This document shows, piece after piece, positions 48,531 through 61,804 of a stretch of 64,000 nucleotides of DNA; the first letter of the stretch is position 1; every line of letters begins with the position of its first letter. The DNA comes from Felis catus (Eukaryota). The translations under genes and the position numbers were made by a program. The stretch covers positions 18,352,001 to 18,416,000 of the forward strand of contig NC_058368.1 of NCBI RefSeq assembly GCF_018350175.1. Reading direction: 5' to 3'. Below the pieces are notes generated by a model. It was not told the DNA's origin. It saw only the letters and a program-made list of their open reading frames with translations, and made no database searches.

Positions 48531-48899
48531 AAGAGGAGGGCTGATATATCCATCAGGGCCCCTGAGAAGGTGAATCTGAGAACTACGTGCAGATTGGGTT
48601 GGGAAGGGCGCAAATCATAGGCAGGGAATCAATCCTCCTGTAAGGAGACTACCCTTAGGGTTTCCCTACTGGAGTCTGCCCTGTTGTTCTGACAGCTTTA
48701 ACATTTCCTGCCAGTGCTGACTATTTCAGACTGACTTCCTAAAGTGTAGAGACTATGTCTTCTCGCTCTTTGTGTTCCCTGCCATGTATAACACTGAACT
48801 GCACGGAGCAAGCTCGGTCTGGGTATGCCCCCTCCTAGTCCAGAGAATGTATTTGATTTTTAATTCAATGCAAATCATATATACCGTCTTTTGTAAGTT

Positions 48900-49560
48900 T
48901 CTCCTTCATTCAACAAATGTTTATTGGATGCCTGTTTCGTGCTGGACACTGGACTAAATATTAGGAATAAAACAGCGAGCGGAAGAGACACAGCGCCTGC
49001 TCTGATGGGGACTGCTGGCTAGTGGGGGACAGATACAAAAGGCAGAGAGTATCCAAGGCTGTTTCTGGCAGAAGAATAACACCAGCAAAGGAGCAGAAGC
49101 CCCAAGGAGAGCCAGGTCCTGTAGGTAAAGTAAGGGTCACATGAGGTGGGACAGTGGGGGTGAAGGAAAAGCATGACCTTCGATGCCCTGCAAAAGAATG
49201 TGAAATTTAACCCACAGACACTAGGGAGCCGTTAAAGACTTTTAAGCAGGTGAGTTCACCGGCCAGACTGGGTTTTAGAAAATAAACTTTGTAACAAAGC
49301 ACAACATGAACCAGAGCAGACCAGACTCTTGAGACAGTTATACTGTTATTACAAGAGTCCACGTGAAAGATAATGAAGACCTGAGTCAAGATTGTGGTCT
49401 CAAGAGGCCAAAAGGCCACAAAAGAGATAGAATCTATACACTTGGTCATTGGCTGAAAGAGGAGAGGAAGGCCGGAGGAGGAACCGAAAAATGTCCCTGT
49501 CCTGACGACCATATGGATGGGAGAACGTCCTTAATTAAAGTCTGCCGTAAGGGGGAGATT
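48900..49560 (-). mobile_element. L2 3' end
   Basis: TTCATTCAACAAATGTTTATTGGATGCCTG start; GGGAGCCGTTAAAGACTTTTAAGCAGG and TTTTAGAAAATAAACT. Confidence 0.8.
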
Positions 49561-50693
49561 GCACGAAGCAAGCTGACAGTTCCGTTCTAATTCATCCTCC
49601 ACACGGCAGTTCGAACACCCCACTGAGCTCACGGACGTGGCCACAGTTCTCCTCTGCTCTGAGCTCCCAGAGCACCACCGTTCGTTAACCTCCTCAGGTA
49701 CAAACTCAGTACCTCCCAATCCAACCGATATTTGTGGCAGGTCTACTTTGTTAAAGTCTGGCAGTCATTTCACGGGGGCGTGGATTAAAAGTGGTGCATT
49801 AAGATGTAGCTCCTACCTTTACGAAACTCACAAGCTAAGAGTCACTGAAGCATTCATTCTTCGCATAAGACAGGTCATGCGCTGAGCACTTGATATACCA
49901 GATAAATAGGTTACGGGGCCAGTAAATCCACATCCAGGAACGAATTAGTGCTGACGATGCTCTAATACTAACACTGATTCCTGTAACTCACAATTTCAAA
50001 TCTTAGCTCATTAAGACAATATTATTGTTCTCGTTATTTTTAGAAAGGAGAAATTTATCATTTTAAACATAGAATATTGCCCTTAGCTATTTTATGTGCA
50101 TAGATTAGATTATCTATAAATATCTTCTTTGGGGGGAAAAACATCGACTCTTTCAAAGTGAAACATAGCTTGGCAGTTTAAAAACACTGGACTAAAACCC
50201 GGAGCTTCCCCCATCACCCTAGACATCCACGGAGCACTGATATGTCCTGTGCTGCTTTGACAGTCGCGTCACAATTTCCATATAATTCTGTGACCCAAGC
50301 CCAGCTTTGGACAAGTTTTTCTAGATCTAATATGAGTGCCCATAGGATGCAAACACAGCTGCTTAATTCGATGTTAAAAATTCAATCACCCACATTTATT
50401 TTTTCCTCCAAAACACCGGCCAAGTGTTTGGACTGATTTTTTTCCAGGGAATTTATTGGTTCACATCACACAGACAAGAACTCTATGTCCAAAGAACTTG
50501 GAGTTTCAAAGCGACATGATGACGCAATGCAGCATTTTGACCAAATTCCATCCTGGATTTGATGAATCCACCCAAATGGGGAGGAGTGGCTGCTTCTGGT
50601 TCAAACTAGTTCTCAAGGCAGCGGAGCCTGGTGTGAACACCACCGGCTGGTGTGCTCATCTTCCCTCTGTCACTAGCTACAAGACCTGGGCTA

Positions 50694-50703
50694 ACACACG
50701 CGT

Positions 50704-50751
<48 letters not shown>
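50694..50751. repeat. (CA)n microsatellite with CGCGTGCG junction
   Basis: Read directly from the sequence. Confidence 0.93.
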
Positions 50752-50754
<3 letters not shown>

Positions 50755-51659
50755 CTCAGGTGTTAGTGAACTATCTGAGCAAGTTGATATCCAAAGGTGC
50801 ATCCAGCTCTGCAAATCAGACAACCCCAAGAACGTCTCTTAAAGAACCGTTCTCCAACTTTGTCATTCTGAGTAAACATGATCTGGTCACGCTGAAATTT
50901 CCTGTTCTTGGTAATTACAATTAATTAGCAGAAGCCTATGGCATAAAAAATTAATCACAGTGCAACAAGGATTATAAAAGCTAGCCAGATGGTGATGAGA
51001 TGAACTAAGAGAAGAAACTTCTTTTTCATTTCCAAAACCCTGTTTTGAGCATTTTGTAGGCTTCTCGGACTTGGGTGATTACCAGCAAGTCATTACTAGG
51101 TTCTCTCGAGCAGGGCCCAGCCTGGGCTCGACCCAACTTTGAAAGACTTCACTCCGGTCTAAAGTTTCATCTGGAGCCTGGGCAGAAATGTGCTGTTGAT
51201 GGTAGCGAGATCTACCTCTTTCTGTATTTGAGGACAAAGAGCCTTCTGACAAGCGTAGGAAGAAGGCTTCCCAATCCAGACGGAGCCAGTCGGGTCCAGA
51301 GTGTCTGTCCTGTTTGCTGTAAAGCTAAGAAGGAGGATATTAAAAAAAAAAAAAAGGTAAAAAAAAGCAAGACTTGCTGAAGACCCTCCTGCGGTCTGAC
51401 TGTGCCTCACCCTGGCTAGGAAGTAGGAGGGTATTATTAAGCTATTGCCTTCATGTCTGCATATCTTAGGAGTGACTTTTGACTCAGAAACTTTGGTTCG
51501 AATGTACTTTGTAAGCAGATCTGGGTTTTTGAAATCCTGATGGAGTCTGGTCTCTGTCCTTCCTGTGTTTATCCTTAAATCCTCACTGCCCTCCCTTCTC
51601 TTGTTATTTGATGTTGTGGACTCAGGTCAATGGCTCATTATGGAATTATTTCAAACTTT

Positions 51660-52195
51660 GCTACTCAGCCACAAGAAGGAAGGAAATCTTACCATGTGTG
51701 ATATGGATGGACCTTCAGGGCATCATGCTAAGTGAAATAAGTCACAGAGAGAAAGACAAAGGCCATATGATTTCACTTATATGTGGAATCTAAAAATCAA
51801 AACAAATGAACAAGCAAAACAAAACAAAACAAAACTCATAGATACAGAGAAATGAATGGTGGTTGCCGGCAGTGGCGGGGGGGGGGGGGGTGCTGTTTTG
51901 TAAAACCAGTGAAGGAGGTCAAGAGGTATAAACTCCCCGTCATAAAATAAATATTTCATGGGGGTGTAATGCACAGCATGGTGACTATGGGCAATAATAT
52001 TGTATTACGTCTTTGCAGGTTGCTAAGAGAGTAAACTTCAGAAATTCTCATCCCAAGAAAGAACAATTCTTTGTAACTCTGTGTGGGGACAGACGTGAGA
52101 CTAATTGCAGTGGTCACTTCACAGTGTATACAAGTCCATTATAACGTATGCCCGGAACTAATATGATGTTATATGTCAGTTATACCTCAATAGAA
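51660..52195 (+). mobile_element. L1 3' end fragment (L1MA/L1MB-type)
   Basis: ATGGATGGACCTTCAGGGCATCATGCTAAGTGAAATAAGTCA...TTCACTTATATGTGGAATCTAAAAA; ends GTCAGTTATACCTCAAT. Confidence 0.9.
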
Positions 52196-52876
52196 CAAAG
52201 AGCTTAAAAAAGAGGCTTCACAGTAATTTCAGAGTAGAAATAGGACCTTCAAGGTGAGTTTGCTTGTGTGAAAAGTGAAACATTCTGTTCTCCAGCTTCC
52301 AGATATTTAGGAGTTTGTTTTACAAGCTGGATTCATTCATCCTGGCCTCTCATGCCAGTGTGCTGGCCCTCTCGGGAAAAGGACAGGGACCTTATGTCAC
52401 CCACACCTACATTTCTTCATCAAAGGTTTGGCCGGACAAAACTGTAGGAAAAGGCCCAATAGAGCACGTGAGTGTTTAACCTTAACTCAAACAAATGATT
52501 AACTAAAATGTGAGGAGAAAAACAATAACAGGAACCAACAATGGTACGAACACGGATGAATCATCTGTCAGCCTTTGCTGATTGACGTCAGACTGGCTAC
52601 AAAAGGTGTTTTACAAGCTAAGGGCAAGGTGACCTCCAGGGTCATATGCTCACGCTTCTTTAGATTATTTGCCTTCTCCAGGTACATCTCTAAAGGTGTG
52701 CAAATGCATGTCAAGGGAGCTAACAGGAAGTTAGAGTCCAAATTTTGGAATTGCTGCCCTAATGGGCTTTAGATGATCTGCATTTATCCTATGAGAAAAA
52801 AGAAACTTTAATAATTCCAAAAGGTGAGAACAAAAATTTACATTTCTCCTCTATCTGACCACCTTTATAAACTTTT

Positions 52877-53089
52877 TAAAACAATTTTTTAAATGTTTAT
52901 TTATTTTTGAGACAGAGAAAGACAGAGCATGAGTGGGGATGGGTAGAGAGGGAGACACAAAATCTGAAGCAGGCTCCAGGCTCCGAGCCGTCAGCACAGA
53001 ACCCGACGCGGGGCTCGAACTCACGGACTGTGAGATCATGACCTGAGCCGAAGTCGGACGCTTAACCAACTGAGCCGCCCAGGCGCCCC
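52877..53089 (-). mobile_element. Can-SINE (feliform)
   Basis: Ends TGAGCCGCCCAGGCGCCCC; TSD CACCTTTATAAA(C/T)TTTT. Confidence 0.96.
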
Positions 53090-53129
53090 CACCTTTATAA
53101 ATTTTTTAAATAATGCTTCCTGCTCTGCT

Positions 53130-53570
53130 TCTATCACTATTGTTTTTCCCTATTTATTTTTTTTTCCCCTTATGGCACTTATTACCTGACAAACAGATTT
53201 GCCTATTGTCCATCCCCCACCCCACTAGAATGTGAGCTTTTTGGGAATAGGGATATTTTTTTTTTTAATTTTTTTTCAACATTTATTTATTTTTGGGACA
53301 GAGAGAGACAGAGCATGAACGGGGGAGGGGCAGAGAGAGAGGGAGACACAGAATCGGAAACAGGCTCCAGGCTCTGAGCCATCAGCCCAGAGCCCGACGC
53401 GGGGCTCGAACTCACGGACCGCGAGATCGTGACCTGGCTGAAGTCGGACGCCCAACCGACTGCGCCACCCAGGCGCCCCGGGAATAGGGATATTTTATGT
53501 TCACTGCTGTACTCCCAGCATATGGGTCACTGCCCAGCTAAGAGAAGGTATCAATAAATGAATGGATCTA
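53130..53570 (+). mobile_element. L2 3' end split by the young SINE
   Basis: CCCACTAGAATGTGAGCT...[SINE]...GTTCACTGCTGTACTCCCAGCA...TCAATAAATGAATGG. Confidence 0.75.
53260..53479 (-). mobile_element. Can-SINE, young felid SINEC_Fc-type, inserted in an L2 3' end
   Basis: Near-identical to the copies at 108 and 48296 in reverse; perfect TSD GGGAATAGGGATATTTT at 53243-53259 and 53480-53496. Confidence 0.98.
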
Positions 53571-56339
53571 ATCAAACATCTATCTAAGGTGATTCACTAA
53601 ACGTTTCTAGGTGCATTAGTAAGTAAAGGGATAACTAAGGCTCAAAAGAAAGAGGCACGTTAATTTACCACCTATAATAGGACTTCAATAAATGTTAACT
53701 GACAATATCATCATCTTTATTATTACATGTCCATGATTTTAGATAACCTATGACCTCGGAGACAATATCCTGGAGCTTCCTCTTGGCCACGGGGCAAAAT
53801 CCTGACTTTGACTCTCTCCCACCAAGACTATATACACATTCACTCTTGGTTTAGATAGGAAAGGAAAAAAAAACCTGTTGAAAAGGAAAGTGAAGGCAGT
53901 CATAGGAAGATAGAAGCTTTACTAAAAGCAGGATTCCCGATCATGAAGCAGCAAAAAGGTGGGGACTGATTAACCAATTTGTTTCAGAGAACATTTTGAG
54001 ATTTTAGTTTCCTTCAGTAAAGCACATTACGTATCTCTCTGATGTGCAATGGCTCACTAGGCGTTCCTTTAAGAAAAAAATGCAGGTTCCAAAAAGTATT
54101 GGAAAGTTTCAGTGTTAAACTCATTATTGATGCTTATTATAAATTCTTTAGTTCAGCTAAGTTCTCAAATTTAATAAGGTCAAATGGAAATGTTATTTAA
54201 AAATATTTCTTTAGGGAAATGTGATTTTATTATATGGTGGCAACTCATATACACATGATCCAGCTTTCAAGTGAAATCTAACTGTACACGATCACTTGGG
54301 CGCCTGATCCCAGCAGACCTCCGGTCCATAATAATAGCCCCAGACCTCATGGGGCAAGGTTGTGCAGGAGGGGTCCTGAGAAAGCGAGGATGGGGTGGGG
54401 GAGTGTCATACTGGATGCACAGGGACACACAGAGCCCTTTTGTTCTGATGACCCTGGCAGCACGTGATGCTAACCTGAGGTTCCCCCTGCCGGGGGAGAG
54501 GGAGGCAGACACTTGTGGGGTTTTCTCTCTCTCTCTCCATCCATACAAAAGTGTCAAGTGACCCCTGGGAAAATAATGGAGGATTCGTAAATACAAATCC
54601 TAGACTCTCAAGATGACTGGGTAGGGAGAGTGTTGGGCCAGATAACTCACACTCTTGGGTTTTTTAGTGGGTGTGACTCAAAACACTGGAATTATATAAG
54701 TGGATAAGAACCCTGAAAAATCCGGGGCTTAATTCACCTCTTGGACCTTATTTAGATTTGGGTAAGAAGGCGTGGATGTCAGAAATGCTTGGAAAATACA
54801 ACTTCTATTGACATGGGGTGGGGGAAGGTCTTTCTCTTCATCATGAAGACTCTTATACCGACTGAAATGTTACAGGGGGTACTTTTCTCATTTTTAGTGA
54901 ACAAGTACTGTATATAATGTCTATAATTCAAAGAGAACATGAGTCAGTGCTGTGTCTCAGAGCTGGCTCAGCTACCGCCACAGTGAACACCCTTCAAGTA
55001 GGCAGACTTTCGGAGCTTCCACATCTCTGCAAAATGAATGAAGGACCAGATGGTTCTAATACTCCATGATGATAGTTCTAGTTTTCTGGTAAGGCAAGTG
55101 ATCAGAATGACTCAGACTTTTCCAGAGGCCTACACAGTCAGGACAGGACAGGAATATTATCAACAAGTATTCAAAGGAATCTGCAAATGTACACAAATAT
55201 AACAGAGCCATTATAATAAAGATGAAAATAGTAGGTGAGCCGTGAAGGGGAAATGGAGGGAGGAGAAGAGTTATAGCATGATCTAGGTAAAGACACATAT
55301 TGCAGTTGAACTTCCTGCTGGTCAAAGGAATCGCAAGAAAATGATTCTAATTCTCAGAAGCTAATAAAAGGATGCCTAACAACTTACCAAAGGAGAGGTA
55401 GTGTAAAACAGCTTCAAAATCTAAATAGGATGTGTTGTCTGGTTTGGAGAAACGGTAAAAACCCAAGTGACAGGATCATCCAGGATAAGATTTCCAAAAC
55501 TCTAAAAATGCCTTTCATCAGCTTTTCGTTTCTTGAAGACACCTCAATAATGGCACTAATAATGACAGTGGTGATAATGACGCACCGAGGGACCTGAAAT
55601 AAATAACACGGCTATATTGCTTTCTGGTGATCTAATTTACAAAGGGCTAGATCTTTGACGGCCAGTGCTCTCCTCAGACAACTCTTCTCAAATATCAAAC
55701 ACCTCAGTCTGATTTTTGACATGATATAGACCATTGTTGGGCAAGACCTGTATCGATCCAATGAAGAAACATTATAAATAAAGAGTGCCGTTATCGCGGG
55801 ACTGTTTCAGTTTATATGCAGCAGTCATTAAGTAGGATGATTTTATATTTAAACAGATGACTTGCTGGAGACCCCGTGCCAATATACAATCCAAGTGGTC
55901 ACAGCTTCTTCAGGAAGAGGTTTGGCATTTTCAAGAGGCTGCCAAATTTTGAGGGTAATCATGGTTTCTCTGGAGGAGAAAAGATGGGTTGGCTTTATAT
56001 ACACATATATATTTGTCATTATTTAGAACCATCTGAGAGAAGTCAATATGCTCAGGGTTCACACAGCTGAAACAGAGTTTTTATGAGCTTCTGAGGTTTT
56101 TTGTGACTTTCCTGGTTTAAGATTGGATAGAACATGTGCCATATGTTTCCATAAGGAAAATGCATGTTATTGCACCACATATGGAAATATAAAGCAATTA
56201 TGCAATGTAAAAGCTTTGATTTTGCTTGACAATGATAATTTTATAGACAACCCCAGAATTTCAATAATACAGTATTTTGGTAAGTGTTAAAGGAGATAAA
56301 ATCTAATTGGCGGTTTCCTTAAACGAAATGAAAATCCTC

Positions 56340-57160
56340 AGAGAGACACATTCTCCACTTGCACGGAAATGTTCATCCCAGCATCTTTGACAATTAAGAA
56401 AATTTGGAAATACCCAAACAACAAAATGGAAATAGAGAATTATGGCTGTCTCAGTCAGCTATCGCTGCACAGTAAGCCACTCCAAAACTCTTTGGCTTAA
56501 AACAATACGCCTTTGCTCTTTCACACTGAACTACAGATCAGGAGAAGGTTTCTTCTGATCTCAGCTAGGCTGCTTCATGAAACTGGTCAGCTGATAGGTC
56601 AACCGGAAGCCGACTGGCACAGGAAGCGCTTAGCTCTGACAGCTGGGATGACTGGTACCCCTCCACGTGGTTTTGCCATCTCTAGTAGGCTAGCTTGGGA
56701 CTGTTCTCACGTTGATAGTCTACAGCAGGGTCCCAAGAAGGAAAGCGGAAGTACAAAAATCTTAAGGCACAAGCTTGGAATCTGCACACTGTCGCTTCTG
56801 CTACATCCTGTCGGCCAGAGCAAGTCATAAGACCAGCCCATATTCCACGAGTGGAAAATAAACTTCACCTCGATGGAAGGAGCTACAAAAATCACGTTGC
56901 AAAGGACGCAGAAGCAGGGAGAGATGAAGAGGCAGTTTTGTAATCTACCACAATGGTGGACTCATTTGATGGATTATTATCCAGTCATTCAAAATAAAGC
57001 CTATGGAGCAAGTTTAGAGCGTTGAAAGAACAAAAGAAAAAATGCGTGTTAACTTTTATTACAACATATCAATGGACATACAAAAGGTTAGAGGAGAAAT
57101 ACGGATAATGATAGTTGCGTACGGATGACAGAAATGTGTTTTTAACTATGTTTCTAAAAA
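56340..57160 (+). mobile_element. Very old L1M fragment interrupted by an MLT1 LTR
   Basis: ATGTTCATCCCAGCATCTTTGACAATTAAGAAAATTTGGAAATACCCAAA before the LTR; L1-like continuation ATGGATTATTATCCAGTCATTCAAAAT after it. Confidence 0.5.
56447..56952 (-). mobile_element. MaLR solo LTR (MLT1H-like)
   Basis: TG...CA termini (TGTCTCAGTCAGCTATCGCTGC ... GTAATCTACCACA), internal MLT1 motifs, 5-bp TSD ATGGC/ATGGT. Confidence 0.88.
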
Positions 57161-58819
57161 TATTCTGACAGCTTTAGTGGACAACCCAAATCTCATATCA
57201 CGTCTGCATGCAGCATAAGCCATATTTCAGTCCGTCAGTAGGATTGGGCTGAAGTACCCAGTGACTGAACAAAAGAATTATGGAGAGAAAAAGCAAATGA
57301 TCTACTTTTTTTCCTTTTTAGACAAAATGATTCAACCCCCAAATTCCATGTCAGACAATTCAGCTGAATTTAATGTGACAGTATGCTTGCAATTTCTAGG
57401 GAAATGGAGTTAGAGCTTTTAGAGTACAAAGCAGAAAGCCTTTGCCTGTTAAAGTATTTTGCACAGGAGTGAAACCTTTCATTGTACGACTAAATCAATG
57501 GAGATTATCTCCTCAGTCGGAATTTCCTTTTGTCTGCACGTGTACTCTGAGGGCATCTGTTCTTGCATTCGGTTCAGTAACTGGGTTCGCAAATGAATGA
57601 CTCCATTCAAGGTGATGCTGAGTATCGTACTGAAGTTACTATGTAGATATTGATTTCATGGCCTTTGACTCTCTCTGAGGTCAGTCATTGACCGGCACAT
57701 TGAACCCAATCTCATGGGTTGACGTTAGCCACTGGTGGTATTGTCCTCACTAGTTTTGATTTAGTGATGCTGTGGTTCTAATACGAACCTTCTCTAGAGT
57801 ACAATTTCTGCAGGATTGCTTTCAACAGGACTCACCTGTGACCTGACAGACAAACAAACCGTGGAGTATCATGTGAAGTCAAATGCAGGTTTACACTAGT
57901 GTTGACCCCTCACGTGTGGCCCAAAGTCACCGTTGTCGTGGGATGGCAAAAGAAACCAGAATTACAGAAATTCAGAGGTGGAAGGCAATTTAGCGTCCAA
58001 GGAAAATTAGGTCCACAGGCAGCATGCTATTTACATGTGTTCCGGTCCTAAAATTCGTTGCACTGAGGTTGCTCCAGACCTCCTGTTCACCGTTCTGTTG
58101 CCCCTGAGGACTTTTTGTCCTCCTACGGACGCAGATGGCTGGGAGCACCAATCCTCCCAAGACAATGTGTGGAAGCAAGATGATCACCCCACTGAGTGAG
58201 GGCCATGGCACTCCCTATCTCACCCTACCCCGTGCTCACTTTCAGAACTTCTGGTCCAGGGAGATTTGTGAGCCATCCGTCCTTTGTCCAGCCCCACCCC
58301 CTCTCTCACCTCTCCCAGCTTCTTGGTTTAACCCTCTGGCCCAGCCTAGAACCTCTATGCCCCCAGGCCCTCTCGTCTCAGTTCCCAGCAAAACATACAA
58401 TCGGTGACGACGTATAATTTATTTAAATCTCAAAGTGCAATTCCTGTTTGAGGGATTTGCATGTTCACAAGGATTGAATCTCACAGAACTGAAACTCTTA
58501 AAAGGTATGAGCCCGTGGGAGGAGCACAGACTAATGCCTTCGAGCACCTGGCAGGCAGCTGGGAGTGAAGCAAGCCAGGGGGCAGGAATGAGTCTCTTCC
58601 TTGAGGCTTCTTTGCACCAAGGGTCTCCCGGTGACTCATTAACTTGATGGTCCTCGGCCGGTTCGAAGAGGCTCGAGGGGACATCTCTCACCTTGCTCCT
58701 GAGACTCTCCAGAGTACAGAATCAGGGTGTCGCCCTTTTCACTTCCTGACCAGACTATTCACCCTCTGGTATAAGAATGAGGTCATCCTCCTAGGGGGAC
58801 ATTCTGCTCATATTTTCCT

Positions 58820-58995
58820 CTTTGTTGTTTTTTTCAAAAGAAGCTGGAAATCTGGGTTTTATGTGAAATCTTCTGATTTTTATATGCTGGGAATTAATAC
58901 CAATTGTGGAAAACCTTTTTGGGGTGGGGGGCAGGGCAAGTGACATCATCTGTGGGCTGAATCTGGCCCTCACGGTGCCCTTTTAATGCCTCTGC
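58820..58995. mobile_element. hAT-Charlie-like DNA transposon remnant
   Basis: GGAAATCTGGGTTTTATGTGAAATCTTCTGATTTTTA...CATCTGTGGGCTGAATCTGGCCC...CCTCTG. Confidence 0.5.
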
Positions 58996-59809
58996 TGAGG
59001 GTGGATGTTTGGGGAAGCGCAGGACGAGGTGGGAAGAGAAGATAGTCTTCAAATCACAAAGCAGGGAAGGGGTGTCAGGGGATACGATGGGGGCTGCTTA
59101 GCGTCTCCCAGGGTGGAACGAACCCAGGAAGTACAGGATTTTTGTTCTGGGTCTCTCAAAGGGGAGACATGATTTTTAAAGGCTGTTAAAACCGAGCCTT
59201 AGTGAATGGGGCCACCCAAGTGGGACCATGGGGGTCATGAACAGAGAGGTCAAGCAGCATGAGGGTGAAAGCCCCAGTCACCATACTACCGTGCTGCCCC
59301 GTCTGTGCCCACCTTTTGCCTGTGGCCTGGGTGTGGAGCAGGGAACGTTCTCACAGAGACGGCGAGCAATACACGATCATGGAATCTCAGTGCTCTAAGC
59401 CACCTTAACGGTCATCTATCTGTTCAACCCTGTCATTTGGCACAAACTGAGCACAGAGGAGGAGGGACTTCTTGCTCTCAAGCTCCCACAGCTGCTTTAT
59501 GGAGGAAGTGAGACTACCACGCAGAGACGCCCCCCCTTCCCGACGCACAGCTTATCCTTCCGATCCCTTCCCTCCACCCTCACTCCAAGAGGAGTTGTCA
59601 TCAAGGTAGTTGTGAAATGAAAAATCAAACGCAGCTTCGTTTTGGTATCTCTGAAAGACTTCATACCAAAATTTCACCAGCCAAGGAAAAAAAGTCTTTC
59701 TCAAATCATGGACCCCTATTTAGGGCTTAGAAAAGAGAGACACCAAGTCATTTTATGCTCTGCTTTGACTATGATGAAAAGCTTAGGAAGTGAGCATGCC
59801 TGACATTCC

Positions 59810-59970
59810 ACCGAGCACTTTATACACACTCCCGCACTAAATCTTCATTACTAGCCTCATTTGACAGTTGGGGGAAACTGAGGCTTTAAGAAGCTAAGAG
59901 GTCTTCCCCGAAGGCTCTCACAATTAGCAAGTGACAGAGCCAGGATTTGAACCTCTGGAGTCCAACCTAG
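59810..59970 (-). mobile_element. MIR
   Basis: CATTTGACAGTTGGGGGAAACTGAGGC...AGTGACAGAGCCAGGATTTGAACC. Confidence 0.82.
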
Positions 59971-60647
59971 AATCCTAACGTAATATAAACGTGGTCCCCA
60001 TAGCTGACTTCACCCCTCACTCAACTCCCAAGAGATAACTAGCTTTCAAAGACCCAGTTCCCAGAAAACATCCCACTGTCCTGGCATTTAGGGAGCTGCC
60101 CCAGCCTCTTCTGCTAAACACTACTCTGAAACCCGCTTCATCGCACGTTTGGGTTTTTTTTTTTTTTCTTTCCAGGCTCCAAAAATGTGGTCTTCCCTCA
60201 TTACACCAATTAGGCAGGAACAGATGGTCCTCTACTCAATAGTTAACCATTCAACATTTATGGAAGAAAATCCTGGAAGGTTTATTTCAAATACGAGAAG
60301 TGTCAACCCAAAGGAAAAATTTGAAAATAATTCTCTGGAGGGGAAGAGTTCTAGAGAAAAGACTTTGCTGCAACTTTAACCAAAATGTCATGGAATGTGT
60401 ATGCTATCATGGCAGAATGTCTTGATCCCAGAAGAATCCACACAAACAGAGGAGGTAATTGGATTCATCATTCTGACACCTGAAAGGCTGACAAGAAACC
60501 TTTAACCCGCCGATAATCAGTGGAGGGTGCTGTCATTGTGTGTCGTTCAACCAGACTATGGGATATCACATTAGCAAGCTGGCTGCCCTATTAGAGGCAT
60601 GTAAGTCTTTCATATACTTAGTGTGGAAGTGGATAGGATTCAAAACA

Positions 60648-60779
60648 NNNNNNNNNNNNNNNNNNNNNNNNNNNNNNNNNNNNNNNNNNNNNNNNNNNNN
60701 NNNNNNNNNNNNNNNNNNNNNNNNNNNNNNNNNNNNNNNNNNNNNNNNNNNNNNNNNNNNNNNNNNNNNNNNNNNNNNN
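60648..60779. other. N-run, 132 bp
   Basis: Direct count. Confidence 0.98.
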
Positions 60780-61240
60780 TGGAAAATGGATTGTAATTCA
60801 AATTTATATACTGGGCAAACGGCAGGCAATAGATTTTTTTTTTCCTTTGTAAAACTCAAGCATTCCAAACTATTGGAGGAGTTAAGCAATTTTGATCATT
60901 TTGAAACTAGCTGTCAGATTTAATCTGTGCGAAAGAGACAGAGGGCAAATGTATTCTGAAGCTTGTTATATAATTTACAGATTATTTTTGCAATTTATAT
61001 TCCATCAAATAGGGTATATTAGGCTCTCAGAAAGCACGTAATGATCAATTAATTTCAGCAGAGCAATCCTCATGGCACTTAAGGGACAGAAATGATTAGA
61101 CCCTTTTCTAGCTGAGTCCCAAGGTCCAGTCATCAAATATGACTGATTATATTTTCTAATGGTTTCTCTATGCCCATTAAAGAGCACTCAACTATTCAGA
61201 CTCTCCTCTGATCATGACATTCAAAATTTGCTCGGATGGC

Positions 61241-61412
61241 NNNNNNNNNNNNNNNNNNNNNNNNNNNNNNNNNNNNNNNNNNNNNNNNNNNNNNNNNNNN
61301 NNNNNNNNNNNNNNNNNNNNNNNNNNNNNNNNNNNNNNNNNNNNNNNNNNNNNNNNNNNNNNNNNNNNNNNNNNNNNNNNNNNNNNNNNNNNNNNNNNNN
61401 NNNNNNNNNNNN
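61241..61412. other. N-run, 172 bp
   Basis: Direct count. Confidence 0.98.
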
Positions 61413-61804
61413 ACAGCAGAAAATTATACCTCGTTGACATTCATTTATGAAAGAATTGCTGCTCTGTTCCCAGGTAACAGGTTACTTATTTGTGGTTCTT
61501 GCCTCACTAGTTCAGCTCAAGCCTGGTTCACTCTGTGGAACATCAGTCTTTCCTATGGGACAGGGTGAGGAGGAGGACAGTGTGTGATGTGAGACAGACA
61601 TTGTTTATGCTGTCCTTGCACTCAGGTCTTCAGAGAGCCATTTTTCTCAAGGAATGGGACCCTTCGGCAAAAACCAGAGACTCCCTTAACCTGAGAAAAG
61701 AGGGAAAGCAGGTGTCAACCTCCTCATCAATAGTGACTCCGCGGGTCTCCGCGGGGTGTTGTCCTCCGGTGCATTTAAGGTAGACACCCCCTTGTCTCTA
61801 AGTC

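Larger units (their letters stand above)
60440..61500. promoter_or_regulatory. Candidate conserved non-coding element cluster around gaps 2 and 3
   Basis: About 1 kb repeat-free, with CTGTCA next to GATTTAATC, TAATGATCAATTAATT and TGATTA motifs; conservation is inferred. Confidence 0.4.

Noticed and set aside
48690-48960. Tail-to-tail L2 ends as a miR-28/151-type hairpin
   Set aside because: The ends are separated by about 90 bp and too diverged to give a visible stem.
53293-53487. Recurring peptides such as RGRGRERGRHRIGNRLQ and MAQSVKHLTSAQVMIS
   Set aside because: These are translations of Can-SINE copies, not a gene family.
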